Source: Octopus vulgaris (Eukaryota). From it: a DNA stretch of 64,000 nt. Numbering within the stretch: position 1 is the stretch's first letter; each line of letters begins with the position of its first letter. The notes below the pieces were generated by a model that made no database searches, was not told where the DNA came from, and saw nothing but the letters and a program-made list of their open reading frames with translations. Positions 1 through 12,844 of this stretch are shown piece after piece. The stretch lies in contig OX597819.1 of the NCBI GenBank assembly GCA_951406725.2, positions 56,482,001 to 56,546,000 of the forward strand, written 5' to 3'. The position numbers and the translations under genes are program-made.

Positions 1-544
1 CCAGAATGCATGCAATAGAGGCAACAACCCAGTCGTCTGCATAATCAGTCGTCCTATTGGTGAATAGTTACTACAATAAAACTATGATAAACCACCTCAC
101 ATAATACAGGTTAGTTAAGAGGCTCTGAATGTTTTGTAATTTTTATAGAAGTTTGTACTGATAGCAAACGGTAAATTCTATACAAGTTTGAAATGGTTAA
201 TGCTTCATAACATATTGCTTTTGTTCATGAGAGCCGTGTCATCTTTCGTTTCATTAAAGTTTCCACAGGAGACTTTTGTTATCATTTTCTATTTTCCATC
301 GTTTTACATTCATTTCCAACGAACATTTTGTCTAATCTTTCTTAGTTTCTGTTTTGTTTCTTTCAAATTTGTTTGTTTTTGTTCATATTTTTCATAAATA
401 TACATATTTCAAATAGACATATGCCGAATATATGCCATCCAGCTGAATAAACTTGTACTTAGTTTTTAATGTTTTTCGATTATATTTCTATAAATATCTA
501 TAGCTACACACATACATACAGACATTCATGCATAAGATATGTCT

Positions 545-557
545 ACATATATATATG

Positions 558-600
<43 letters not shown>

Positions 601-667
601 TGAAATATATATATATATTAGTATATATATATACTGAAATATATATATATGTTTATATATATATATG

Positions 668-731
<64 letters not shown>

Positions 732-896
732 CATACGCGTGTATATCCGCTTGTTGTTAATGTGCATCAGCATATAGACTCAGTAACTTCGATATATACG
801 TGTATGTGTGCAAATGGATGCATTCGTTTTTGCCCACATTATCAGTGGCAGTGAGATGTTTGTATACTTTTAATGCATATCGTTACAATATATATA

Positions 897-946
<50 letters not shown>

Positions 947-1155
947 CATATATATGTATATATAGAGAGATCACACATACATACTGATGTACGCATTTAT
1001 GTCTGCATGTATATATGTTTATGCATGTATATGTGTGTATGCGTGTATATATGTGTATGCGTGTAAATGTGTATCTGTATTTATGTATATTCGTGAGTAG
1101 CATTTAAGTCTGCATAGATTTGTGTATATATATATATATATATATACATATATAC

Positions 1156-1193
<38 letters not shown>

Positions 1194-1290
1194 GTGCATA
1201 GATATACATATATCACGATATATATATATATACGTGCATAGATATACATATATCACGATATATATATATATATATATGTGTGTGAACGTG
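545..1290. repeat. Compound (TA)n/(TATG)n/(TG)n microsatellite region
   Basis: Direct reading. It explains the YIYI-type ORFs at 528-1311 and includes a short duplicated unit TACGTGCATAGATATACATATATCACGATA. Confidence 0.95.
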
Positions 1291-1604
1291 CGTATGTGTG
1301 CAGGAGAGTGACGTTACATGTGTTTGTATTGCATGTGTGCATGGTGGATGTATTATTCATCATATCGTGCACGTTCGCAAGTGAGTTGCGCATTGAAATA
1401 TATTATATTGTTTTATACACTTAATGCAATTTTCCTCATATATCTTCTCTTGCTGTGATGTATAGGATTAGAAATTTGACTTAAAAAACATAGAACTCTC
1501 AATAGAAAAAGGAAAGAAAACAAGTACAAAATATTATTGGATTCAGCTATATAATGTTCATTTCCGATTCTTTATAAATGAAGCAATTTGTTTTTAGTTT
1601 TGTT

Positions 1605-1669
<65 letters not shown>

Positions 1670-2232
1670 GGTTATTTGATTTATAAAACAAATATATTCT
1701 GTTTTACTATAATCACAAAATTCGTTATTATTGATTTGTCAAGAAAATTTCTTAACATATTTCTGTTTTTTTTTTTATGTAAAGAAAGTTTACAACAGTT
1801 ATTCGTTCGAACAACTAGAAATTGTAAGAATCCAAACCTACAAAACTAATAACTAATATGATTCTAGATTTCAGCAGAAGTTTAAAGTGAATCTCTCATT
1901 GCTGAGAATTAATGCAAATACATTCTCCCCACTCTCTGTTTAATCTGCAATTTCATCGTACTTCTTCGTTTGCAAAAGTTTTAAGAATATTTATTTTAGA
2001 ATTATATTAACGGTTTTTAATTAATCGCTTCTATCGCTTATTATTTAATCATTAAGCAATAGTACACAGATATGCTATTCCGTTATCAAGCATTCTAAAA
2101 ATTCGTAGCTTAATACTATTTTCTTAGCTTAACACTGCTTTCTTAGCTAAATAATTCCAGTTCTACCCTTACTGGACACATCTAAGCTAGGAAAGATTCG
2201 TGTTGTCACTATCTCATTTTTCGTTTCAGTCA

Positions 2233-2572
2233 TATTCTTTTCTACTCAAGGCACAAGGTCCAAAATTTTGGGGGAGGGAGTAGTCGATTAGATCTACCCC
2301 AGTACACAACTGGTACTTAATTTATCGACCCCGAAAGGATGAAAGGCAAAGCCGACCTGGGTGGAATTTGAACTCAGAACGTAAAGACAGACGAAATACC
2401 TATTTCTTTACTACCAACAAGGGGCAAAACACAGAGAGGACAAACAAGGAGAGACAAACGGATTAAGTCGATTATATCGACCCCAGTGCATAACTGGTAC
2501 TTAATTCATCGACCCCGAAAGGATGAAAGGCAAAGTCGACCACGGCGGAATTTGAACTCAGAACGTAACGGC
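2233..2572 (-). mobile_element. tRNA-derived SINE family A, tandem dimer
   Basis: Core ATCGACCCCGAAAGGATGAAAGGCAAAG(T/C)CGACC...GGAATTTGAACTCAGAACGTAA occurs twice and matches many other copies in the window. GAGTTCAAATTCC on the minus strand is B-box-like. Confidence 0.85.
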
Positions 2573-3173
2573 CTCACAATATCTATGTATATATTAATAT
2601 TCAGTTTTATTTCAAGATTTCTTACTAATAGAGACAGAGCCGGTTTCTAACCTAAATATAAATCTCCTTCATTGGAATTTAAACAACATTAATATGGTAT
2701 TTTTGTATGTATGTATGTATGCATGCATGTATGTACGCAGATGTTTATGTCTTTTTTTACGTAGTATTCTCATGCATATAGTTGCATATCTAGACATGCA
2801 GATATATATTTGAATAATTTCTGGAAAGTTTTACAAATGTTAATATTTTCAGTGATGACTTGCATCTATAATCCTCAAATCTGCTTTCACCTTTCTGGTT
2901 TTGAGAAATCCAATTTCACAAGATTGGCATTTTGGCAGTATGTTATATATGCCAGTGCCCCAATAATTACAAATATAAACCTGAACTTGTATTTATGTAT
3001 GTATGTATGTATGTATGTATGTATGTATGTATGTATGTATGTATGTATACATTATGTATGTACATATGTATGTATTATGTATGAAGGAATGAATGCATGT
3101 TTGTATGAAAGACGTTATGTTTGTATTATGCATGTATGTATGCATCTATCTATCAATCTTTATAGCTCCCTCT

Positions 3174-3204
<31 letters not shown>

Positions 3205-3390
3205 TAATCTGTATATATAGTACTCTATGTATGCATGCTAATAAAATCAGTGATGCTCATGCAGGGACAGATCCAGTTGTCCTTTGGATATCCAATGTAT
3301 GACCAAGAATGCGGTATATTAGTGCACAATAAACTTTAGAAGAGGCCCCTACGTTTGTATCGAGGCATTGGCTGATTTTTCCAACAATCG

Positions 3391-3552
3391 TTATTGCAAC
3401 CACATGGCGAGCTTTCGAAATATCCTTAAGCGACACGTGATACCACTGGCTGATTGTATATGGAGGCTTAAGGAAACAAGGACAAAATAGATCATAACTT
3501 GTCCATACTTAGACATGCGAGTCTCTACAGCATTATATCCCAGAAATGCCAT
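3391..3552 (-). CDS. Candidate small ORF or pseudo-exon with signal-peptide-like N-terminus
   Basis: Manual translation: MAFLGYNAVETRMSKYGQVMIYFVLVSLSLHIQSASGITCRLRIFRKLAMWLQ*. It is preceded by an AG acceptor-like site. Unique, non-repeat sequence with no recognised homology. Confidence 0.2.
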   Translation of the reverse strand: MAFLGYNAVETRMSKYGQVMIYFVLVSLSLHIQSASGITCRLRIFRKLAMWLQ

Positions 3553-3584
3553 CTGTTTTGAAGTGTCACTGTGAATAATATTAA

Positions 3585-3810
3585 CGAGCTAGCAGAAACG
3601 TTAACACGCCGGGCGAAATGCGTAACCGTATTTCGTCTGCCGTTGCGTTCTGAGTTCAAATTCCGCCGAGGTCGACTTTGCCTTTCATTCATTCGGGGTC
3701 GATAAATTAAGTACCAGTTACGCACTGGAGTCGATGTAATCGACTTAATCCGTTTGTCTATCCTTGTTTATCCCCTCTGTGTTTAGCCCCTTGTGGGTAG
3801 TAAAGAAATA
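3585..3810 (+). mobile_element. SINE family A, near full length
   Basis: GAGCTAGCAGAAACGTTAACACGCCGGGCG...GAGTTCAAATTCCGCCGAGGTCGACTTTGCC...CCCCTTGTGGGTAGTAAAGAAATA. Confidence 0.9.
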
Positions 3811-4010
3811 TATAAATATATTCAATCAAGGACTATCCAGTTGCCTACGCGCAGCTAAACACATTCACATATTACGATCCTGACCATACATAACCAATGT
3901 AAATATAACACCCGCAACACTCATTAATCCAACTGAACTTAAGGAACAGTATTCAAACAACTTGTATTTGGACATCTAATTATAGAATCTATCTATCAAT
4001 CTCTCTATCC

Positions 4011-4014
<4 letters not shown>

Positions 4015-4084
<70 letters not shown>

Positions 4085-4122
4085 ATATATGTATGTATAT
4101 TGATATATATATATGTATATAA

Positions 4123-4160
<38 letters not shown>

Positions 4161-4250
4161 TAATATATATATGTATATATGTATATATATATATATGTAT
4201 TAATATATATATGTATGTGAGTATATGTGTATATGTGTGTACCTACATAA
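4015..4250. repeat. (TA)n microsatellite
   Basis: Direct reading. Confidence 0.95.
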
Positions 4251-4457
4251 ATATATATTTATTTATGTGTACATCTGAGTGAACAGCGGAAGTTGATTGC
4301 ATCATTTCATCTAACTGGAACGTATACTTTCCACGTTCATATTTGAATTTTTTGCGTTTGAATAACTTTTCTTTGCTTCAATTCACTCTCAAATTTTATG
4401 AACATATAGCAGTAAGCAAGCCGTCAAAAGAAATTTCTAGTACTACTTGTTGCTGAT

Positions 4458-4502
4458 GTACCCGAAGAGAGCCAGAACGACGAGTCGAAACATGTGTCGT
4501 AC
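4458..4502 (+). ncRNA. Hammerhead-like motif (type I, U4-to-C core variant) in a probable Penelope pLTR remnant
   Basis: GTAC-CCGAAGA-GA..TC-GAAA-CATGTG-TC-GTAC. Stem I is GTAC/GTAC and the cleavage triplet is GUC, followed by AATAAA. A partial second copy lies at about 7311-7387. Confidence 0.6.
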
Positions 4503-4668
4503 TCAATAAAGTCTACTACACATTCCATCTCATACTTTATTAATACTATTACCCCAACCATCACTGCGAAGTTCCTGGATTATATAAATGGATAACAACA
4601 GGTAACCTAAACTGTGCCGGTGATTTACTCATCATCTATTTATACATTGTGTATAATTTTTCCATTAT

Positions 4669-5783
4669 GAGCGAATGAGTACAAGCTGCCTCTATACGTT
4701 GCATTTGACGGCTATGAGAAAGCCTTCGACAGCGTCGAAACCAGCGCAGTGTTGAATTCGCTGCGGAGGCAAGGATTCGAGGCACAATATGTGCAACTGC
4801 TCAGAGAGGCAAATTCCGGATGCACCACCGACATAGCTCTGCTGTCATCACCCGTACGAGTGCCGGTCGAGAAGGGAGTGAAGCAAGGAGATGCGATCTC
4901 TCCAAAGCATTTCACCGCATGTCTCGAGCAGATCATCAGAGGCATCGACTGGCAAGGCGGTGTCAACATCAATGGCAAGCTACGCACCCACCTCTGTTTC
5001 GCTGATGACATCGAAATCATCGCTTAAACCACGGATTAGCTTCGGACCATGCTGACGGAGCTTCACATCAAAAGCTCTGCAGTAGGTCTCAAGATGAACC
5101 GCATGAAAACGAAGTTCATGCGGTCTGACAACGTACCAACAGGTCGAATGGTGGTCAGCAATGATGAAATAGAGGAGGTAAAGGAATATGTCTACCTGGG
5201 ACAGGAAGTGAATATGTGCCGAGATATCGAAAAGGAGATCTCGCGGAGAGTAAGGGCCGGATGGAAGGCGTTTAATGGCATAAGGGATGTACTCAAGGGA
5301 AGGTTGGACAGAACCACCCGCGCCAACCTCATCACTAGCACAGTTCTACCTGCAATGTTGTATGGTAGTGAAACAAGTGCTATAACAAAAAGAAGAGCAA
5401 AGATTGGTAACGGCTCAAAGAGCCATGGAGACGTCAATGCTTGGAATCTCGTTGAGAGAGCACATCAGTAGCGAGGTCATCAGACAGAAGTCCAGCGTGA
5501 GGGATATCATCGTAGAATATGCACGCAGCAAGTTTAGATGGGCTGGACACGTCTCCCGGTTCACCGGTAATCGGTGCACCCGCGCGGTTGTCGAGTGGTA
5601 CGCGCGCGAGCGGAAATGACCACTCGGAAGGTCTCAATGACAGTGGAGTTACGACTTTAGGAGGGCGATTGGCATCACGTAGATGAGGAAGGCGCTATCC
5701 AGAGAAGAGTGGACAGCGTGCTGTGACCAGCGGTGTCAAATGGACGCTCGACAAACTGGTCGGTCAAGGTGATCAAGGTGATA
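4669..5783 (+). mobile_element. 5'-truncated RTE-clade LINE (RT and C-terminus, disrupted)
   Basis: Motifs YEKAFDSVE, KGVKQGDAISP, HLCFADDI, EYVYLGQ, VLPAMLYGSET and KFRWAGHV. Contains stops and frameshifts. The 3' end is a short tandem repeat (CAAGGTGAT)x2, as is typical of RTE. Confidence 0.93.
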
Positions 5784-6044
5784 TAAATATTTCTTTAATA
5801 TATATATATATATATATATATACTTACGTACAAATTCAAACACATTTGAATTACTTACCATCACAAATGCCCATTTATAAATAAATGACATCACATATAA
5901 GTAAATTTGTGCACTAACGTGGTTACACCCTGGACATACATCCGTGTGTGTGTGCGCTCGTACAACACACACACAGACGCATGTATGCATACACACACTC
6001 ACACAATCACCCTCTCCCTATCTGTCTCTCACTCACACACAGAA

Positions 6045-6158
<114 letters not shown>

Positions 6159-6519
6159 ACATATACACGAACAGATACTGCATGTATGTGGGTGAAAATC
6201 CGTCTCCATTTTATGTATTTATTATCATAACGCTATATCCATTTCGAAACTTAAGAAATCATTTCTAACTTCATGTGGGGCGTTATAGTCAATTATCTTT
6301 AGGCGCCAACTTATCTGCACTATGACAGAAAAGTAAAAACTGATATATTAAAATTTTTGCAAAATAATGCAAAATAAAATTGCTGAGTTACTAAAGAGTT
6401 GAATAATTTGAAAATTATATGGTAATGTGTTTCTGTGAAAAAAACGGATAAAAAAGAATCTCAGCAAAGTATTACAAGGAGTATATGATAGTTAGGAGAA
6501 AGAAAACCTAAAATTACGT

Positions 6520-6521
<2 letters not shown>

Positions 6522-6602
<81 letters not shown>

Positions 6603-6692
6603 TATACACATATATATAATATATATAGATGTATATACATATATATATAATATATATAGATGTATATACATATATATATATATATATATATA

Positions 6693-6745
<53 letters not shown>
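6522..6745. repeat. (TA)n microsatellite
   Basis: Direct reading. Confidence 0.95.
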
Positions 6746-6934
6746 TTACATATATGTACATGTATGTTTGTATGTATCTATATCTATCTATCTTACCCGT
6801 TATTACTTTCGTTAGAATTTTCCGGGTTAAAATGCTTTTAGTTTATTCATAAAAAAATTGTCTGCGGTTATTTTCAAAATACTTTAATTTTTTAATGATA
6901 GAAATGACGACGAATATATTTAGTTCTTTACAAG

Positions 6935-7300
6935 CTATATTGTTTTTCATTGAATTTTTCCCGTGTGCAACTTAATATCATCAGCACACAAACTATGGAT
7001 TATAAATGTGTTTCTAAGTGTTGTAGATCACGCTATGTCACCGCTGGATATTTGTAAAAGATATGATAGTGAAGTAAGTGACAAAATAAATATAGGCAGC
7101 AACAGGCCCTCTCCTAGTTTTATTACTTTCAGTGGATATATAATTATTGCAATTTAAATTTATTCAATGAGCATAGCTGAGAATTTCTTCGGAAGATTTC
7201 CAATGGCAATAGTCCTAAGGTAGCAAGTGATTCTGCCCAATGCAATGCTTCCAGCAACTGTGAATGGAAATTAAAGTTAAACGTCTGTTTTGCAATCACA
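6935..7300 (-). pseudogene. Highly decayed non-LTR reverse transcriptase, R4/Dong-like
   Basis: Minus strand reads YVIAKQTFNFNFHSQLLEAL (cf. IDYKKAFDSVPHSWLLE), GEGLLLPIFILSLTSLSYLL (cf. GDSLSPLLFCLALNPLS) and IIHSLCADDIKLH (cf. HLLYMDDLKLY), in the correct order. Confidence 0.55.
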
Positions 7301-7387
7301 TACATACAGCATAGCAGTAAGCAAGCCGACAAAAGACATTTCTAGTACTACTTTTTTGCTGTTGTACCCGAAGAGACCCAGAACAAC

Positions 7388-7737
7388 GGATGAGACTTAA
7401 TGGTTCGATTCTAGAAGGAGATTTTTACGTTACCCTTCATGCTTATGTTTCAAAAAGTTTTTGAAGCTTCAATTTACATATCAGACTATCGTTCGATAGC
7501 ATAGTAAATATTATAGTTGATAATGTTAAAACTTGACAGAGAAATAAATGTGCACCTGTTTGTCAAACAATGCACATTTATTTCTCTGTCAAGTTTTAAC
7601 ATTATCAGCTATAATATTTACTATGCTATCGAACGATAGTCTGATATGTAAATTGAAGCTTCAAAAGCTTTTTGGAACATAAGCATGAAGGGTAACGTAA
7701 AAATCTCCTTCTAGAATCGAACCATTAAGTCTCATCC
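7388..7737. repeat. 350-bp near-perfect inverted repeat (fold-back)
   Basis: Arms 7388-7554 and 7571-7737 (167 bp each) are reverse complements with 3 mismatches. The 16-nt spacer contains TGTTTG-T-CAAACA. Confidence 0.97.
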
Positions 7738-9400
7738 TGAGCCTTCCCATTAAGAAGCTTTCCATCAGCCTTATTTAATTTTGGTGTCGATTCTGTATAT
7801 TGCTCTTGATACATTTTATTCCCTCGAGCAAAATAAATTACGCTTAAAATCGTTCTTTTAATTCCATACCTTAGTGTAAATCAATATAAAATCTTGAGAA
7901 CGGGATCTTTTTAGAGGGATATTATTTCTCACCTTCCAGTAGATAGATTGGTTATTAGAAGAAAACATGCACAATGATATTTTGTGATGTTATCGTTTTT
8001 AGCAGCGGTTCTTCATAATAAATGATTTTTGTTCATGGTTGAAGGTTATTTAATTGCCCCTATCCAGAATGTTAAATGTAGATTATGTTATTTCATATGA
8101 TATACTTAGAGTATGGCGGGCGGAGACTTACGATAGTGTATAAATGCCCGATTGTGAGGTGCAGGTTATCGACATTTTCACTTAGATTTGTTGAGGCGTA
8201 ATGTAGGTGTTGTTTTAGATTGAAAACGGATGTATACAAGTATGAGCACCGCAGCACATTACAATGCAGTAGATGTTTACATACCGTATTCAGCAATATC
8301 ATCAATCATTTTTTTTTTAAATAAGAGAGGTAATATCTTTTCCAGTTCTTCTCAAACATGGCCTAAGCGTAAAATACAGTTTGGTGAATTGAAAATTAAC
8401 ACCAAACTGAAACTGAATATTGTTTTAAACTTGTAAATGTTCGACAGTGATCCCTTTTGCATTGGTTTTAAACAGAAGTGTATGGATATTGAATAATTAT
8501 GATTTCGGCATTATGATTTCGTTTGTTTATCCTTCTGTTCTCCTACTATGTTTGCCTGAATTCGGGTGTCAACAGATAATTAGCTCATTTTTATGGGAGC
8601 CGGAATAGCAATTACTATATATGACAGCCACTTTTGATGTAAGGAACCCTATTGTCGAATCTATTGAACTGTGAAATTGGAACAAAGTTTGACGGATTTC
8701 GTCAGAATAATTCTTTATTAGCTTTAGGTCGCTGATCGAATATTTTCCGCAGATCTTGTGATGTTGAAGTCAATCGTCGATTTAAAGGTAAAGGCCAGTG
8801 AAATGAACGGAATAATTAAGCCGTCCTAGATATCTTACATATTTGGTAGTGCAGCTTGTTTCGTTCCCGGTAGTGTTTTTATGATGATAGTCGAAACCCC
8901 ATGTTGTCAAGAGCATATTATACCATCCAGTCTAGATAACACGAAATTATTTCGTAAATGCGAACTCGCACGTATATTTAAGTGAAAAGTCACTTAATAT
9001 AGGATCAAGGCTACGTTAGGTCAAAAAAGTTATTCATGAAAATTTTAAAATTTTGAACAGTTTCTACTGCTAAAATATCCATCCTAATGTTTATGCTTGT
9101 ATTATGTATGGATTGATACAATCTGTGTTGATTCTTTGCTTTGATTTGTTTTTCATTGATTTGATTTTAATATACATCTATCGATTGTGAATTTAGGATG
9201 AATTGTAATTCACTACTACTAGTTCAACCCGATTGTATATGCATATGATAGCAGTTTAATTAACCATTTCCTAGCATTAGAATAATTTTGAAATTACCAT
9301 TACCGGTGCGGTGACGATTTGCACCAATTCCAGTACTCCCCCGATGCATTAGAAGGATGTTTAAGCTACAATTCTGGTAATTTCATATCTAGTAGAACTA

Positions 9401-9625
9401 TTGGGTTGTCCGGAAAGTTCGTGCCGATTTTTAAAGGAAAGAAAATGTCAATAAATACTTGCCATTGCATTTTTAATCAACTAAATATAAACCGTTTTGT
9501 TGCACAATGCGTCTCCATCTTTCCTTTAACTTGAAAATACCCTCTTCCCAGAATTGAGGTGCCTGGGAGGGTAAGTCGAAAGGTAAGCTACTATAAAATC
9601 GGCATGAACTTTCTGGACAACCCAA
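9401..9625 (-). mobile_element. Mariner-derived MITE (internal deletion)
   Basis: TIRs TTGGGTTGTCCGGAAAGTTCGTGCCGATTT / AAATCGGCATGAACTTTCTGGACAACCCAA, flanked by TA on both sides. Retains the transposase tail FWEEGIFKLKERWRRIVQQNG. Confidence 0.93.
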
Positions 9626-9804
9626 TATAATGAATAAAATTGAATTGCAAATATTCATATATGTGTTTCACTCCAACTGCTCTTAAAATATTTATTGACA
9701 AATGTTGTTTCTAAGGTTCAAGTTAGCTGTAACTGAGAAGTTTGAGAACTAAAACCATTTAAATTGTGATAATTTTCTCATTTTGGGTAGAATGATATAA
9801 GCTT

Positions 9805-10317
9805 GTGGAGGCGCAATGGCCTAGTGGTTAGGGCAGCGGACTCACAGTCGTAGGATCGCGGTTTCGACTCCAAGACCGGGCATTGTGAGTGTTCATTGAA
9901 CGAAAACACCTAAAGCTCTACGAGACCCTGTCAGGGGGTGGTGTTGAATCCCGCTGTACTCTTTCATCAGAACTTTCACTTACTCTTTCTTCCTGTTTCT
10001 GTTGTACCTGTATTTCAAAGGGCCAGCATTGTCACACTCTGTGTCACGCTGAATCTTCCCGAGAATTACGTTAAGGGTAATGTAGAGTGCTCAGCCACTT
10101 GCACGTTAATAAATGAGCTGCGACGTCACTGGTGCCAAGCTGTATTGGCCTTTGCCTTTCCAATGGATAACATCGGTGGCGTGGAGAGGGGAGGCTGGTA
10201 TGCGTGGGCGACTGCTGGTCTTCCATAAACAACCTTGCCCAGACTTGTGCCTCGGAGGGTAACTTTCTAGGTGCAATTCCATGGTCACTTATGACCGAAG
10301 GGGTTCACAACACAACA
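9805..10317 (+). mobile_element. tRNA-derived SINE family C (composite) with TSD
   Basis: A-box TGGCCTAGTGG and B-box-like GTTTCGACTCC. TSD ATATAAGCTT at 9795-9804 and 10318-10327. The 3' half matches 13725-13915. Confidence 0.88.
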
Positions 10318-10379
10318 ATATAAGCTTACAATAATAATGCCTTCTCACTTTTGAAAATATTTTTAAGGTGTGTGTCTCT

Positions 10380-10761
10380 AAGGGAGAGGGACACTTTATT
10401 CCAAATATTATTGCTGTATAGTAATCGTGATGAAAGTAATTGTAGAATTGTATTCGTTGCCTATATTCCATAGTAATGAATAATAAAATTAAATAATTGC
10501 AACAGCAAATACTCATTTCAGCCACCAGAACTTCTCAGATAGAGTTAGGTTTTAATTGATTTAAGGTTGATGCTGTGTTGTATTTACTTAATTAGGAAAA
10601 TAGGGATGGGCAGATTAATTGTAAGAGTAGAGGATAATAATGACTATATTGTTTCTTTACTTCATGTCAAACGAGAGAGAAAGACAGGAGAGGGAGATAG
10701 AGTGAGAGAATGAGACTGAGAAGGAGAAAGAGAGTGAAAGAGAGAAAGAGAGAGTGAAAGG

Positions 10762-10798
<37 letters not shown>

Positions 10799-11175
10799 AT
10801 AAATGTTTTTCACACCACAGGCTTTAATTGTGATTTGATTTTGAAAGTAATTTAAATTCTAGATACACTTAAATTCGCGTTCAATTACGATATAAATCTA
10901 AAAAAAAAGAAAAATATTTAGCAAATTCATAGCAATTTATTATGTAAATATTTCTCCAGGTAGTTCATGCAAACTAGAGTAATTTGGTATGTTTAGGATA
11001 TATAATATTTAACCTCAGTTAGTCTTGAACTTTCACTCTGCTTTACATGGAAAATTTATACAGATGGGGGCGAAGAGAAAATCATTTGTATAAATGCATT
11101 CTAATTTAGGTACGCGGCAACAAATTTTTAAGGAATATGTAGTCATTACCTCGGACTGTAATACTTGTACTTTGG
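10380..11175 (+). repeat. Local direct duplication, copy 1 (copy 2 at about 15145-15865)
   Basis: Collinear similarity, including the internal (GA)n tract and a 46-bp identical block (10915-10960 = 15621-15666). Confidence 0.9.
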
Positions 11176-12276
11176 TTTTACAGAATAGCTGTTGATCTTT
11201 AACACGGTCACAAGCAACAAACTTGGGAGAAGACTTAGGCCAATTATCTCAACCACAGAACTTCACAAGAAGTATACGTTATCGATCCTAGGTGGATGGA
11301 AAGCAATAACATTTTGGGGGGAAAATTGGTTGCTATTTCTACAAGTCTATTCGTTGCTATTCCTAGAAGTCAATTAGTTGCTATTTCTTAATTGGATCAG
11401 ATGTCCACAATTATTTTATCCTAATACGATGTTTATTCATTTATCTCATTCTCTGTTTAATCAAGAGATAAGGGTCGCGCTCATGACTCTGTATTTTCTC
11501 AGGGCCCCTGCAACTGGTGGAAGAAACGATGAAATCATCCTTTAATTTGAAGTGCTGACCCGAATGCTTACGACCGAGTGAAAGCCATTAGAGTACCCAA
11601 CGATAATGTGGTGGCACTAAGTAGGTGAGGGACTAAGTCTAGCGCCCAAGAACATAGACTGATAAGGTACTAGGGACATTTTAGAACTAGCTTTTTAGCG
11701 TACTGCAAAATATCTTCTCCAAAGTGCTAAAATTTCCACCATGCTATTTTCCTTTGTCTGATACTCTTCATTAGGCCAGCTGAACCATCAGATTTTAGTT
11801 TATGTTTTAGTTTTCTCAATATTTATTTTTCTTGAAAACGATAAGGGTATTTATTTAAAAATCGATTTGACAATTTACGTAGCACTAAAACACCTGATAC
11901 TTCTGTAAATTCTCTCCTTGAAGTTATTTGCAAATACAATCCCAGTGTTTGTCAACCAACCAGACAGCTAATATGCATAAAGCATCATGGTATGTTAAAG
12001 TAATTTGTTAAGTCAGTTCTGAATACACGTACGGTAGCTCATGATTAGACTATATAAACATAAAACGAGGTTATCAGGACTGAAGAAAGTAATATATAGG
12101 GTGACAAGTATAGACGTTTGAATTAGAGTTAAAAGTTTAAGCAATGAACTGCCTCACTGTTCATGTTTACTTAGACTTGTTTACAAGTCTTGAATCGATC
12201 CAAGGCTATTTATGACAACAAATAAGAGCCAAGATACCACGTAATGGATTTAAACCCGAATAAACATTCGGATATA

Positions 12277-12844
12277 TTGGGTTGTCCGGAAAGTTCATGC
12301 CGATATTTAAAGGAAAGATAAAAGTCAATAGATACTTGCCATTACATTTTTAATCAACTAAATATGAACCATTTTGTTGCACAATGCGTCTCCATCTTTC
12401 CCTTAACTTGAAAATACCCTCTTCCCAGAATTGAGGTGGTTTCATGGCAAAGAATTCATCAAGGTATCTTTTTATGTCATCCAAGGAATTGAAATTTTTA
12501 CCATTAAGAATATTCTGCAGAGACCTGAATAAGTGGAAATCCGAAGGAGCAATATCTGGTGAATATGGAGAGTGGGGTAACACATCCCAGCCGAGCTGCA
12601 GCAATTTTTGTCTGGTTCCCAAAGCATCAAGTGCCTAAAATGAACTTTCATATCTTCTATTTTAAAGGATTACAGAATTAACACAGGTCATAGGAACATA
12701 AACCTTCTTCCACGAACAGATAACTTAAACCGTGCTCTCTAAATGGAGGTTTAGTCAATTCCTATTTTATGGACTCAACCATGTTCTAAAATAAGTCGAA
12801 AGGCAAGCTACTATAAATCGGCACAAACTTTCCAGACAACCCAA
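12277..12844 (-). mobile_element. Mariner deletion derivative with transposase C-terminus
   Basis: Same TIRs as the 9401-9625 element, with TA TSDs. ORF 12350-12622 contains WDVLPHSPYSPDIAPSDFHLFRSLQN, the mariner YSPDLAP motif. Confidence 0.95.

Noticed and set aside
1-70. Possible exon at the window edge (minus-strand acceptor near 70, or plus-strand QNACNRGNNPVVCIISRPIGE*)
   Set aside because: Too short and truncated; no recognisable homology.
7900-9050. Possible ancient Penelope RT remnant on the minus strand
   Set aside because: Only a faint IGHLY..LRP resemblance, with no ordered motif series.
9805-9885. tRNA genes (also at 16130-16200, 23195, 26717, 45230-45305)
   Set aside because: A and B boxes are present, but each continues into a shared SINE body without a clean cloverleaf or terminator.
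12075-12125. CTGAAGA/CTGATGA boxes here and near 6978(-), 38683, 40182, 43862 and 48641 as hammerheads
   Set aside because: No correctly placed GAAA, stem II or closing stem I; the 6978 instance is the ADD codons of the RT remnant.
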